A DNA stretch of 64,000 bases from an uncultured Candidatus Rokubacteria bacterium (lineage in GTDB: Bacteria; Methylomirabilota; Methylomirabilia; Rokubacteriales; DASRDR01). Location: assembly GCA_963708025.1 (NCBI GenBank), contig CAVPSB010000013.1, forward strand, positions 448,001-512,000, written 5' to 3'. Below, piece after piece: positions 9,139 through 19,906 of the stretch (its first letter is position 1; each line of letters begins with the position of its first letter). The notes under the pieces were generated by a model, which saw only the letters and a list, made by a program, of their open reading frames with translations, had not been told where the DNA came from and made no database searches. The position numbers and the translations under genes were made by a program.

Positions 9139-9191
9139 GTCGAACCTCCTGGGCTGGAGTCTTCACGATTCTCGTCCCGGCCCCGCGGATC

Positions 9192-9227
9192 GTGGAGATC
9201 CAGTTCGGTGAGACCACATGTGGCCAC
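9192..9227. promoter_or_regulatory. Candidate MocR operator (GTGG/CCAC repeats) in the divergent intergenic region
   Basis: GTGG(9192)...CCAC(9214) and GTGGCCAC(9220-9227) between the regulator and its divergent operon. Confidence 0.35.
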
Positions 9228-9280
9228 TTGCCCGGCTGGGTGCTGGTATCATCGGGTGACCCGGAGAGGGCGTACCGCAG

Positions 9281-10787
9281 ATGGCCACCTCACGACCCGC
9301 CGCGACCCTGCTCGTCCGCATCGACGCCGGTCTCCGCCAGGGGTTGCAGCAGCAGGTCTACGAGAGCATCCGCCGGGCGATACTCGAGGGGATCGTGGCC
9401 CCGGGGACACGGCTGCCGTCGTCCCGCGCGCTGGCCGGCGACCTCGGCGTGTCGCGCACGACCACGCTGCTCGCGGTGCAGCAGCTCCAGGCCGAGGGAT
9501 ACCTCACCGCCCGCCGCGGCTCCGGCACCTTCGTGGCCGGCGAGCTTCCCGACGACCTCCTCCGGCGGCAGGCCACGCGTCCCGCCGCCCGCCCGCGGCA
9601 CCCGCCGCTGTCGCGCCGCGGCACCGCGCTGGTGGCGGCCCCCCAGGGCGCGCGGCGCCTCGGCGGTCCCCCGAGAGCCTTCCGGATCGGGACACCCGGC
9701 GTGGACCTGTTCCCGGTCGGCCTCTGGTCGCGGCTCGCGAGTCGCCGGCTCCGATCCGTCACGGCGGCGCAGCTCGACTACGGCGACTCCGCCGGCCTTC
9801 GAGTCCTACGGGAAGCCATCGCCGACCACGTCCAGACGGCGCGGGGCACGCGCTGCGAAGCCGATCAGGTCCTCGTGGTGGCCGGGGCCCAGCAGGGTCT
9901 GGAGCTGATCTGCCGGCTGCTGCTCGACCCGGGCGACCGGGTGTGGATGGAAGAGCCGGGCTACCCCGGCGCGCGCAGCGCGCTCCTCGGAGCGGGGGCG
10001 CGGATCCTCCCGGTGCGCGTGGACACGGAGGGCCTGGACGTCGCGATGGGCGCCCGGCGCGCGGGCGATGCCCGACTCGTCTACGTGACGCCGTCCCACC
10101 AGTATCCGCTGGGCGTCCCCATGAGCCTGCCGCGCCGCCTCGCACTGCTGGAGTGGGCGAGCGCGGCGCGGGCGTGGGTGATCGAGGACGACTACGACAG
10201 CGAGTTCCGGTACGGCGCCCGCCCCGTCCCGTGTCTCCACGGCCTCGACGTCGACGGCCGCGTGATCTACGTCGGCAGCTTCAGCAAGACGCTCTTCCCG
10301 GCCCTGCGGCTGGGCTTCCTGATCGTGCCGCCCGACCTGCAGGATGGGCTGGTGGCGGCCCGCGCGGCCGCCGACCAGCACCCGCCGGCGCTCGACCAGG
10401 CCGTCCTGGCCGACTTCATCGTGGAGCGGCCACTTCGCCCGCCACCTGCGCCGGATGCGGGTGGCGTACCGCGAGCGCCTGGAGGCGCTGACCGCCGCTG
10501 CCGAGCGCTGCTGCCGTGGCGTGCTCCGGCTGCGTCCGACCCGGACCGGGCTCCATGCGATCGCCGACCTCGACGGCGTGGACGCCGTCAGCGTGTCGCG
10601 GGAGGCGGCGACCCGGGGCGTGGAGGCCACACCCCTGTCCGCGTACTTCGTGGGGCGTGAGAAGCCCGTCAACGGTCTGGTCCTCGGCTTCGCGGCGGTG
10701 CGCCCCGAGGCGGCGCGGCGAGGCATGGAGCGGCTGGCGGCGGCGATCGAGGCGGCCCGGCCCCGCGGCCCCGCACCTTCGAGGTGA
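9281..10787 (+). CDS. MocR/GabR family regulator (GntR HTH + PLP aminotransferase domain); frameshift near 10425
   Basis: LPSSRALAGDLGVSR, IEDDYDSEF, GSFSKTLFPALRLG; C-terminus in ORF 10344-10787. Confidence 0.9.
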
Positions 10788-10851
10788 GGCCTCCCACGAC
10801 GATCGGACTCGGGATGGTGTTCCTCGGTGGGCTCGTGCTATCGTCCTGCGC

Positions 10852-11598
10852 ATGACGACACCGAGCTCCTCCGCCGCCCGATCGGAGCTGGCCCCCACCG
10901 GGAAGCTCCGCACCGGGATCAACTTCGGGAACTTCCTCCTCGTGAACAAGAACCCGGCCACCGGGGAATACGGCGGCGTCGCGGTGGACCTGGGGCGGGA
11001 GCTCGGCCGGCGGCTGGGCGTTCCGATCGAGATCGTCCCCTTCGAGACCGCGGGCAAGCTGAACGACGCGCTGAAGGTCGGCGCCTGGGACGTCGCGTTC
11101 CTGGCGAACGAGCCCGCGCGCGCCAGCGAGATCGCCTTCAGCGCGGCCTACCTGGAGATCGAGGCGGGCTACCTGGTCCCGGCCGGCTCCCCGATCCGTA
11201 CGATCGCGGAGGTGGACCGTGAGGGCGTCCGCATCGCCGTGGCCGAGAAGAGCGCCTACGAGCTGTACCTGAGCCGCAGCATCCAGCACGCCCGGATCGT
11301 CCGCGTGCAGGGCATGGACGGCTCGTACGAGCTCTTCGTGAAGGAGAAGCTCGAGGCGCTGGCCGGGCTCAAGCCCCGCCTCGTGATGGACGCCGAGAAG
11401 CTGCCGGGATCGCGGGTGCTCGATGGGCGGTTCACGGCGGTCCAGCAATCGATCGGCACCCCCCAGGGGCGCGCCGCCGGCGCCCGGTTCCTCCGCGAGT
11501 TCGTCGAGGAGATGAAGGCGTCCGGCTTCGTCGCCCGGGCCATCGAACGGCACGCCGTTCGCGGCGTGTCCGTCGCGGCCCCGGCACCAGCTCAGTAG
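10852..11598 (+). CDS. Amino-acid-type ABC transporter substrate-binding protein
   Basis: LAPTGKLRTGINFGN...WDVAF...FVEEMKASGFV. Confidence 0.8.
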   Translation: MTTPSSSAARSELAPTGKLRTGINFGNFLLVNKNPATGEYGGVAVDLGRELGRRLGVPIEIVPFETAGKLNDALKVGAWDVAFLANEPARASEIAFSAAYLEIEAGYLVPAGSPIRTIAEVDREGVRIAVAEKSAYELYLSRSIQHARIVRVQGMDGSYELFVKEKLEALAGLKPRLVMDAEKLPGSRVLDGRFTAVQQSIGTPQGRAAGARFLREFVEEMKASGFVARAIERHAVRGVSVAAPAPAQ

Positions 11599-11644
11599 CT
11601 ACCGAGCCGCCGGGAGTGGGGCCGACTACGCTAAGGCTTTTCCA

Positions 11645-12059
11645 GTGGGACCTCCAGTCGCAGGGTGCCGGGCTGCTCGGACGCCCGGCGACCTGGGCCC
11701 GGCCTTCGCCGCCATCACGAACGAGCGCCCCGGCGGGCTTGTGGTAGTCGGCGATCCTCTGACCTTCATTCTGCGATCCCGCATCGTGGAGTTTGCTGCT
11801 GCGAACCGTCTCCCGGCCGTATACGGGACCCGAGAGTTCGCGCAGGTGGGCGGCCTCTTGTCCTGCGGCACCCATCTGTCGGATCTCTTTCAACGCGCTG
11901 GCGGCTACGTCGCGCGACTCCTCAGGGGCGCCAAGCCCGCCGACCTTCCCGTGGAACAGCCCACGAAGTTCGAGCTGGTCGTCAACATGAAGACCGCGAA
12001 GGCGCTCGGCCTCACCATCCCGCAGTCGGTGCTGGTGCGGCGGATGAGATCATTCAGTA
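11645..12059 (+). pseudogene. C-terminal fragment of a PF04392-type ABC substrate-binding protein
   Basis: GAKPADLPVEQPTKFELVVNMKTAKALGLTIPQSVL; N-terminal part absent. Confidence 0.75.
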
Positions 12060-12289
12060 GAAATCAGCGCGAGGTCCCTGGAAGAGAGCGATTCAAGGAC
12101 TTACCGCGGCAACGCGGAGGAAGCGCAACGAACACACAGCCGAAAAAGCGCGATATGGCCCTGCGTGGACGAGTGCCGTGGGGCCGTGTCTCTGCGGGCT
12201 AAACTATGCGGCAAGTTGACGTTGCGCCAGAGGGACGTGATATCCTACCGCCCCCGCCGGAAGCCGCGACGAGTCGGGAGGAGTTGACG

Positions 12290-12898
12290 ATGGCCTTCAT
12301 ATACACCATTCCCGTCGACCAGGCCGAGGGTGAGGTCCGGGCGATGTACCAGAAGACGCAGGCGGTCGTCGGCTACGTCCCCAACTACGCCAAGGTCTTC
12401 AGCCACCGGCCGCAAGTGATGGCCGCCTGGTCGGGCCTCCTGGCAAGCATCCGCGCCAATCTGGACGCCCGCCGGTACGAGCTGGTCACGCTGGCCGCTG
12501 CGCGCGCCTTGCGTAGCTCGTACTGTATGCTGGCCCACGGCAGCATCCTGCGAAAGCAGTTCTACTCTGCCGCGGAGCTGACCGCGATCGCCGGGAGCGC
12601 CGCCGGCGGTGAGCTTGCGCCGGCCGACGTCGCGACGATGACCTTCGCGGAAAAGGTGGCCCGCGACGCCAGCGCAATCACCGAGGGCGACGTGCGGGCC
12701 CTCCGCGAACACGGTCTCTCGGACACCGAGATCTTCGATGTCGCCGCCGCCGCCGCGGCGCGCTGCTTCTTCAGCAAGCTGCTGGATGCGCTCGGGGTGG
12801 AGCCCGACGCGGCGTACGAGAGCCTTGAGGATGAACTGAAGCGCCGGCTCACCCCGGGCCGGCCGATCAGTCGGCACGCCCCCGAACAGCTCTTATAG
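12290..12898 (+). CDS. Carboxymuconolactone decarboxylase/AhpD-like peroxidase-related protein
   Basis: GYVPNY, YELVTLAAA...SSYCMLAHG, GLSDTEIFDV; GGAGGAG RBS. Confidence 0.8.
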   Translation: MAFIYTIPVDQAEGEVRAMYQKTQAVVGYVPNYAKVFSHRPQVMAAWSGLLASIRANLDARRYELVTLAAARALRSSYCMLAHGSILRKQFYSAAELTAIAGSAAGGELAPADVATMTFAEKVARDASAITEGDVRALREHGLSDTEIFDVAAAAAARCFFSKLLDALGVEPDAAYESLEDELKRRLTPGRPISRHAPEQLL

Positions 12899-13175
12899 TC
12901 GAACGGTCCGTGCCAGACCACGCCGGGTGCCAGCAAACCGTGCGGTTGGTAACGGGTAGACCCATGGCTTCGCCGCCTGAAGCAACAAGCGCCTCCCAAC
13001 CAGATCATCGCCTTGTAGCGGAATGCCAGATCCTCACCTTCCGGATTAGGATCGTGCCGTGATGGCTTGCCGATCTGCGTTGGCAGCATCGCCATATGAG
13101 TCATCCAACAGGCGGCCTCTGGATCAGACCGGTCTAGGACAATCTAGAGACATTGGTAGAGAAACGAGGTGATGT

Positions 13176-13505
13176 ATGGCCACATCGTGGCACTCTGAGC
13201 GCTTGGAGCTGTCGGCCGATGTGCAAAGGATCCTGAAGACGATCGACACCGTTGTTCGAACAACCGTGTCGATTCAATCGCAGCGGCCATCGCCGCCTGA
13301 ACTACGAAACTACCTTGCGAGTTCGGTGCACGTGGCATCAACCCTTGGCAGCCTAGCTGTGGGCGGTGTTCAATGTCCATTCGCACAACCTCCGGCGAAC
13401 ATTCAAACGGGATTCGATTCGACCGGAAACCTTCGTCTGGAGTGCTTACACCCAATGCCGAATCAGCATTGTTGGGATCTTTCCGGCAGCCGGACCAGCT
13501 GCTGA
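13176..13505 (+). CDS. Hypothetical protein with a Cys/His-rich C-terminus
   Basis: GAGGT RBS; CP...LECLH...HCW...C; in a lower-GC stretch. Confidence 0.5.
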   Translation: MATSWHSERLELSADVQRILKTIDTVVRTTVSIQSQRPSPPELRNYLASSVHVASTLGSLAVGGVQCPFAQPPANIQTGFDSTGNLRLECLHPMPNQHCWDLSGSRTSC

Positions 13506-13506
13506 G

Positions 13507-14085
13507 ATGTACGAGCTTGTATCCGGGGCCGGCGGAATCGCTCTCTACTTTCTCAGTGTGTCGTGGGGCACTACGGGGGTGGGGATCTCGATTATTGTGA
13601 TGGCACTGGGAGGAATGGTCTTTACGCTTGTCGGGTGGACCATCGTGACCACGCTTCACCTTCGTGTACTGTCGTGTCTCCTGATCAGCGGCTGGGCCGT
13701 CTTTCTGCTCGCCATCGGGATGCTGGTTGCCTGGGGAGTGCTCGTCGCAACGATCCAAGTGAGCGCAGCCTTCGGCGCGCAGCCGACGCCAACTCAAAGC
13801 GTTCTCGCCAGCGCGATCACCTCGCTTCTCGCTATCGTCGGGGCGTTCCGGTTGAAGATCGCAGACCGCTGGGGCGTTTCGGTCATCCGGCGACGGATCA
13901 TCCAAGATGCGTTCCGCAAACGTATCGGAAGCCGTCCCCTGGGGGTGCCTACGAACGATCCCCGCGTTCTCGCATACGAAGCGGTCGAGAACGAGAACTT
14001 TTCTATCCCAGGAGATACTGTCGAGGGGTGGGGCTTCGAGGCCTCGTGCAAGCGGCTCCGGTTGATTGGAGCGGTGCTTGGCTGA
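13507..14085 (+). CDS. Hypothetical multi-pass membrane protein
   Basis: ATG 1 nt after the upstream stop; 3-4 hydrophobic segments and a soluble tail. Confidence 0.55.
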   Translation: MYELVSGAGGIALYFLSVSWGTTGVGISIIVMALGGMVFTLVGWTIVTTLHLRVLSCLLISGWAVFLLAIGMLVAWGVLVATIQVSAAFGAQPTPTQSVLASAITSLLAIVGAFRLKIADRWGVSVIRRRIIQDAFRKRIGSRPLGVPTNDPRVLAYEAVENENFSIPGDTVEGWGFEASCKRLRLIGAVLG

Positions 14086-14270
14086 GGGCGAGTGAACCCC
14101 GATCGGCGATTAGGTTTCCCCTGATGCGCGGCAGCATGGCGGAGAGTACCATCACAAATGTACCGTTCCGTCGTACCTACGATGCGCTCTGCTGTCTAGC
14201 CGGCTAGGCGACTTGGTCAATCCCGGGTCCGTCCGCCGTCACTTCCACTCGAGCAGATGGAGGCCTTGCG

Positions 14271-14753
14271 ATGCTGAGGAAACAGGTCACTCCGAAGCCA
14301 CCCGTCGAGTCCGCATCCTTCGAGGACGAGATACCAGTTGCGAACGTCGCCACAGTGCACGTTAGTTCGGAACAGGGTGATCATCCCATCGACAATGTGT
14401 TCGATAACAGCCGAGGACCCGGAGGCAGTCGCTGGATTGCCGACGGACCTGGCGAGCAGACGGTGACTTTGGTGTTCGACAGCCCGCAGACCATCCGAAG
14501 AATCGGCGTGGAGGTTGAGGAGGTCGCGGTCAACCGAACGCAAGAGCTATCCGTGTTTGTCTCCTCCGATGGAGGGCGGACCTATCGACAGCTCGTGCGA
14601 CAGGAGTTCAACTTCAGCCCTCCCGGCACGAGTTTCGAGCGTGAGGTCTGGTCGGTCGCGGCGGACGCGGTAACCCATCTACGGCTGGAGATCAAGCCGG
14701 ACAAGGGAGGTCGAATCGGCCGGGCGACTCTTACCGCCCTCGCGCTGGCGTAA
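14271..14753 (+). CDS. Galactose-binding-like/discoidin domain protein
   Basis: SSEQGDHPIDNVFD...RW...RTQE...RQEFNFSP; GGAGG RBS. Confidence 0.7.
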   Translation: MLRKQVTPKPPVESASFEDEIPVANVATVHVSSEQGDHPIDNVFDNSRGPGGSRWIADGPGEQTVTLVFDSPQTIRRIGVEVEEVAVNRTQELSVFVSSDGGRTYRQLVRQEFNFSPPGTSFEREVWSVAADAVTHLRLEIKPDKGGRIGRATLTALALA

Positions 14754-14893
14754 AGCGTGCTCGGCGAGCTGCTGACAACGCGCGAATTGGGTAGTTCTCG
14801 GGTCGGTAGACGTACCGGAGATACCTGGAACCCGAACGACGATAGAGAGTGGTGATGAGAGGTACCTAGAACCAAGTGATCCCAGGGGATCCC

Positions 14894-15127
14894 ATGGCAC
14901 GACAGGTGACCCGACGCCAGATGGAGACGTGGCTGCTAGGCAACGGGTTCCGCCGTCTCAAGGGCGGAATGAGCGGCCACGTGCAGTACGAGAGGCAAGG
15001 TGTCAAGATAACCTTGCCTGGGCACGGGCCGCAGGATCTGACAAAGAAGCATGTCGCGCTCATTCTTCGTTCGCTTGATGAGGCAGGATTCGACCGTGAG
15101 CAGGTGCGCCGCGAGCTCGGTGGATGA
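14894..15127 (+). CDS. hicA: HicA family mRNA interferase toxin (no adjacent HicB seen)
   Basis: L..NGF...GH.QY...ITLPGHG.QDL pattern, 77 aa. Confidence 0.6.
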   Translation: MARQVTRRQMETWLLGNGFRRLKGGMSGHVQYERQGVKITLPGHGPQDLTKKHVALILRSLDEAGFDREQVRRELGG

Positions 15128-15391
15128 GAGATGCCCCTAGAAGCCGGCAATCCAGGAATACGTGATGGCCGATATATCAAGAGCCGCCCTTTAACGGAAG
15201 CGGCTCCGACTTCGACTGAGAGCAATACCTAGATCGGACCGATCGACCTGCGAAGTGTGTCGCGATGCGTTCCACTAGCGTTGCCGACGAGTTTCCCGAG
15301 CTTCACTCTTATGCGGCTGACGGCGGAGCGGTAGCAGAAGGCGGGTGAGCCCAGTGTGGCCCGACCCGCGGCCGTAGACGACCGCAGCCTT

Positions 15392-16012
15392 CTAGCTGGA
15401 GCTCCAGTTGAACGGCGCGAAATGGCCGTTGTTCTTGCCCGATGTGTCGTCCCAGTCGATGCCGAAGGCGTGCAGGTGGCTACGGGAGGCCTTCGCCAAC
15501 GCGAGCCGGCTCGCGGCCGGGTGGGCGACGTTGTCAAGGTAGATCGGCTCGTTCTGGTTGGCGCCCGCAATGCCCTCGACGGCGATGTCGAGCACGCCCC
15601 GGATGGACACCGACCGACGCATCCCGCTCCTCTCGATGGTGATTGGCTTTGCCTCGGTGCCCCCGAAGCGACCGATCAGTGGACCAAGCGCGGCCATCGG
15701 ACCACCGCCCTGGCCGCTCGCGATGGCCGTGAGCGCCTCGCGCTGCTCGGTCGAGGCCTGCTCGTCCACAACGACGCCGACGTTCCAGTTGCCCTGGATC
15801 ATCGGGCCCGGCGTGTGCAGTAGCACGGCAAAGCTCAAGCCGTCGAGCCGGGTGCCTCCATACTGACCGCGCTCGACGTGGAACACGAGGCCCGCGTCGC
15901 AGGAGCCCTTGGTCGGCCGTGCGGCCAGCCCCGAGGTCGGACAAGGGCACACGGAGTCACAGCTGCAGGCTTCGAAGTACTCGCCGCTGATCCGCCACTG
16001 AAGGTTCGCCAT
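15392..16012 (-). CDS. DUF1326 family protein
   Basis: WRISGEYFEACSCDSVCPC...GKNNGHFAPFNW. Confidence 0.85.
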   Translation of the reverse strand: MANLQWRISGEYFEACSCDSVCPCPTSGLAARPTKGSCDAGLVFHVERGQYGGTRLDGLSFAVLLHTPGPMIQGNWNVGVVVDEQASTEQREALTAIASGQGGGPMAALGPLIGRFGGTEAKPITIERSGMRRSVSIRGVLDIAVEGIAGANQNEPIYLDNVAHPAASRLALAKASRSHLHAFGIDWDDTSGKNNGHFAPFNWSSS

Positions 16013-16042
16013 GGTGATCCTCCCTGGATTGCCTGGTGTCCG

Positions 16043-16876
16043 TCACATCGAGTGGCCGCCGGCCCGCAGCGCCATAGCGAGGTCTGGCCGGACGGCAACG
16101 GCCACGCCGAGCAGCACCAGCGCGATGCCGGTCACTCGCGCGATACATTCTCCATACGGCAGGAGCTTCTCGGCCGCGACGACCGCCGCGATGAGCAGCA
16201 CCCATGGAAGGCCCATCGCGCCGGCGGCGACCAGCACGGCCATGAGTGCCCAGCAGCAACCGAGACAGTAGACCGCGTGTGCCCAGCCCATTGCCAACCC
16301 GCCACGCCAACCCGGGCGCCAATGGCCGAGAAGGAACCCGATCGGGCTGCGACAGTGTCGCAGACACACCTGCTTGAGCGGCGAGACCTGGAAAAGCCCA
16401 GCGACGAGGAGCACCCCGGCGATGCCGTAGGGCAGCGCATCGGAGGTGATGGCGCCAAGCGCCACGCTCCCGAAGTAGATCGGGACACCTGTTGACGCCC
16501 AAAGCGCAAGATACATGAGCGCGAACAACGCCACGGGCACGGCCTTCCCGACCAGGCCCGCCGAGTTTCGCTGGGTCGCGGCGTAGAGCCCGATCATCGG
16601 CGAGGCACTCGGCAGCATCATTGCGGCCATCATGGCAGCCCAGGCTCCCACGTACAGAAGCCCGTCCAAGACCGTCGGGGTCATCGCCATGTGCATGTCA
16701 CGCATGTCATCGGTTCTCATTGCCGACGACAAGACTGGGACCCACGCCGTCACCGTGATGACGAGCAGGACGGCGTACGTCAGGACGGACATGGGATCGC
16801 GGGCGGTGACGACGGCCGGACTCGGCGTTGACTCGGGAGAAGAGTCAGCGACCACGGCCGGCATTCTATTCCGCAT
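16043..16876 (-). CDS. DUF2182 predicted metal-binding integral membrane protein
   Basis: WAAMMAAMMLPS, SPLKQVCLRHCRSP, YCLGCCWALM. Confidence 0.85.
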   Translation of the reverse strand: MRNRMPAVVADSSPESTPSPAVVTARDPMSVLTYAVLLVITVTAWVPVLSSAMRTDDMRDMHMAMTPTVLDGLLYVGAWAAMMAAMMLPSASPMIGLYAATQRNSAGLVGKAVPVALFALMYLALWASTGVPIYFGSVALGAITSDALPYGIAGVLLVAGLFQVSPLKQVCLRHCRSPIGFLLGHWRPGWRGGLAMGWAHAVYCLGCCWALMAVLVAAGAMGLPWVLLIAAVVAAEKLLPYGECIARVTGIALVLLGVAVAVRPDLAMALRAGGHSM

Positions 16877-17033
16877 CTTGCAAGGTGTCCAGCGCCCCGG
16901 TTCAGGTCCTCATCGGCACTGGGGCATAGCGCGCGGCGCGCGCTTCATCACATGCTCATTCGGGTATTCGTCGAAGGCACATTTGCTCTCGTCCCAAGGG
17001 TGTAGATGATCTCGTGCGTCCCGGCGTGACCAG

Positions 17034-17087
17034 CCTAGAGCTTATTGTTTTCTGGCAGCTCCAGTCCTTAGAACAGTAAGTTCTAGG
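17034..17087 (+). repeat. 54-bp dyad-symmetric att-like site, copy A
   Basis: CCTAGAGCTTATTGTT...AACAGTAAGTTCTAGG; inverted homolog at 22311-22364. Confidence 0.6.
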
Positions 17088-17178
17088 ACGTCTCGTTAGG
17101 TTCTTGTGTCACGCTCTTCGCGATCGCAGGGAAAATCATCCGCGTTCATTAGATGCGCAATGTCCCCGTACCCTAAGC

Positions 17179-17553
17179 TCAGATCCAGCGCGCCGCGGCC
17201 GCGCCGGTGTCCTCCGGGCGGCTGTTGAAGGCGATGGCCGCGCCCGGAGCGGCGCGGTGGATGGCGTTGACTAAGGCCTCGAACAGGACCAGCCGGCTCG
17301 GCGGCAAGCGGACACCCGCTCCGACCACCACGCAGTCGTAGTGGCCCTCGGCCAGGCGGCGCTCCACGGCGAGTGCGGCGGTCGCGTCGGGATTGATAAA
17401 GCAGTTCTCGGCCTGCCAGCCGCGCTCGGCCATGTCGGCGAGCGCGACTTCTACCCCGGCGTGAATCTTCTCCGCAGTCATGCCCCGCGGCAGCGCCGGA
17501 TCCGAAAAATCCACCGTCGCCGGATCCAAGCCGACCAACAGAACTCGCTTCAT
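17179..17553 (-). CDS. Conserved hypothetical protein
   Basis: YDCVVVGAGVRLPP...IAFNSRPEDT; purine-rich RBS. Confidence 0.65.
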   Translation of the reverse strand: MKRVLLVGLDPATVDFSDPALPRGMTAEKIHAGVEVALADMAERGWQAENCFINPDATAALAVERRLAEGHYDCVVVGAGVRLPPSRLVLFEALVNAIHRAAPGAAIAFNSRPEDTGAAAARWI

Positions 17554-17733
17554 CTCACGCTCCCCCCGCCCAGCTGCGTCCGCCACCATTCCCTACTCTA
17601 GCTGGATCATGTCCCTAGATCACCGTGTTCCAAGGACGCCTGGGTACCTGTGGCGACCTGAGATCACGCATGCCCGTCAGGAGTCGCCAAGGAACAGACC
17701 CTCGTTGGCTCGAGCGTTTCCTCGCCGTCCCAC

Positions 17734-18092
17734 TCAGCCGGCGGGACGGCGACTGATCCGGACCCGGCCCGGCTGGAGGACCACGAATTGGCCCACGAGT
17801 CCCTCACCGCGCTCCTCGACCAGCTTCAGGACGGCTCCGGGAAGATCGGCGCGGGCCCTCGCCGGGAAGCGAAGCAGGAAGACGCCGCCCGCCGCGGCCT
17901 CGTTGGCATGGAGCAGCTGACCGAAGTCCTTGTCCTCAGTCACCAAGATTCTGCCCTCGCGAATCGCGAGCTCCAGCACGACCCGTCCGTGGCGCGTGCC
18001 GAGATCTCCGCGATCGCTACCACGTCGTGACCGGCAACACGGAGGGCCCGGACGACGGCGAAGTCACAGCTCTCATCCGCCAGGAATCGCAC
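17734..18092 (-). CDS. DUF5615 PIN-like toxin (1-bp frameshift near 17985)
   Basis: MRFLADESCD...GHDV and RILVTEDKDFG in different frames; downstream of DUF433. Confidence 0.75.
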
Positions 18093-18101
18093 CGGTACCG
18101 G

Positions 18102-18365
18102 TCAACGCTTGGGGTGCTTGCGGCCGCGCCCTCTAGCGGGCTCCATGACCACCGTCTCCTCGTGCGCCACCGTATCCGCCGCATAGCCGATGGCCGCCTG
18201 GATGTCCGCGCGCGTGAGGCGCGGGTAGGCGTCCAGTAGATCAGCCTCCGTGGCCCCTTCGCTCAGCTTGCGCAGGACGAGCTCGACGGTGATCCGGGTC
18301 CCGCGAATGACGGGCTTTCCCAGCATGACCTTGGGATTCATCTCAATCCGATCGGTGATTGTCAT
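18102..18365 (-). CDS. DUF433 family antitoxin
   Basis: NPKVMLGKPVIRGTRITVE...YPRLTRADIQAAIGYA. Confidence 0.9.
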   Translation of the reverse strand: MTITDRIEMNPKVMLGKPVIRGTRITVELVLRKLSEGATEADLLDAYPRLTRADIQAAIGYAADTVAHEETVVMEPARGRGRKHPKR

Positions 18366-18927
18366 CCTCACCTCCGCGGCCAGCTTCTCTGTCAGGAGAC
18401 CCGCGAGCCGCACCCTCGCCGATGATTCTAAAGGATGAGTGGAGATGGGAAAAGGGGGATGCCGGCGGGGTGCGCTCCAATCAACTCGTCCAAAACGAGC
18501 GAGCTTTTCACTGAGTGGGGAGGTCCCGCCCGAACCCGTTGCGCCCGGGCTCTCGACTGAGGGCCGCTCAGGGCGCGCCCACTCCACAAAAGGGGGAGCA
18601 TCATTCCCATGGTCAAGGGCAGCGGATCGTCTTCCCCCATCTCCCCCCGGTCAGCAGGCATCGCGCCCGTCTTGGCCAAGGAGATACTGGCTTGTCTGAA
18701 GGTCATGGTCACGCCCTCCGTAGGGTGAGCAGGGTTGTTGTCGGCAGACCGAGAGCGCTCGCCGTGCTATGGCGGAGGCGGAGACCGGCTACTCGGGGGT
18801 ACCTCGGCGAACACAGTCCTCCCGACCGCGAGACGGAAGGCCGCCCGAGTTAGCGGCATTTGACATGGCCTCGTACGGCCTCTCGGTTGACACGCCCTGA
18901 GGTCGGGCGTAGGTTGCTCCCAACATC

Positions 18928-19137
18928 ATGGCGACCGGACGGCGAGGAGAGGCGAAGCCGTTCACCACCATCGCCGTCATCGTTCTTTCTTTGATAGCGC
19001 TCCTGCAACTGCTCCGCTTCGTCTTGAGGTGGGAGGTGACGCTCAACGGCGCGATAGTTCCCGTGTGGCTCAGCGGCGTCGCGTTTGTGGTCGCAGGCGC
19101 GCTGGCCGTGATGGTCTGGCGGGAAACCCGCCGGTGA
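18928..19137 (+). CDS. Small two-TM membrane protein
   Basis: KPFTTIAV...IVPVWLS; two hydrophobic helices. Confidence 0.6.
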   Translation: MATGRRGEAKPFTTIAVIVLSLIALLQLLRFVLRWEVTLNGAIVPVWLSGVAFVVAGALAVMVWRETRR

Positions 19138-19146
19138 ACCGGCGGC

Positions 19147-19758
19147 CATGGCACGCGCTCGCCGACTCGTCCCGCTGCTTGCCGCGTGTACGCGCTTGCC
19201 GTACGGCCCCATATGCTTCGGTGGGGCGCTTCGGACGAGGAGGTGCGGCAGCCGTATTCAGGAGCCAACCTGATTCCCGGCGGCCAGCGGGGCGCGACGA
19301 CGGCCGTGACGATCGACGCCTCGCCGTCGCGTGTCTGGCCGTGGCTCGTGCAGGTGAGCTGCGATCGGGCTGGCTGGTACAGTTGGGACCGTCTCGACAA
19401 CGGTGGCGTCCCGAGCGCCGAGCGGATCCACCCGGAGTGGCAGCACTTCGCGGTCAAGGATCGCCTAGCGTCAACGCCGAGCGGGAGCGCCTGGTTCGAG
19501 GTCGCCGTGCTCGACCCGGATCATTTTCCTAAGTGCGTGCGGCGATCAACCTGCGCGGCGGGCGCCCTTTCGACACCGCGAGGCCGCGACCGGGGTTCTC
19601 CTTGGATGCTCCCTGCGGCTTTCAGCTCAAGGAATTACCCGGTGAGCGTATGCGGCTCGGGGTCAGCAGCTACGCTTCCGCTCGGCCGCGGCTCCTGCAG
19701 GGGAAGCCCATTGGGTCATGCAGACGCGCCACTTCGCGAACCTGAAGCGGCGCGCTGA
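19147..19758 (+). pseudogene. SRPBCC-like protein, multiply frameshifted
   Basis: RWGASDEE...AVTIDASPSRVWPWLVQ...RAGWYSWDRLDN; remainder in other frames (MQTRHFANLKRRAE). Confidence 0.6.
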
Positions 19759-19906
19759 AAGCCAGCGCGTGCGATCCCTCGAGTCAGCGCAGGATTGGAC
19801 TCGGAGCAGCAAGTGTCTCAAGAGTCCTTGGACGCGGGCGATCCACGGACCGCCTGTGAAGAGTACCTCTCGGTGCAGGAACAAACGGCGAAGACAGGAG
19901 GGTCTA

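Noticed and set aside
12893-13110. Short minus-strand ORF remnant preceded by GTTGGAT
   Set aside because: No recognisable family and no attC stem; a 7-mer alone is insufficient
15392-16876. DUF2182-DUF1326 pair as a novel system
   Set aside because: Common, already recognised gene pair
18370-18925. Long intergenic stretch as possible ncRNA or IS end
   Set aside because: No repeat partner or motif I can support; overlapping ORFs look spurious
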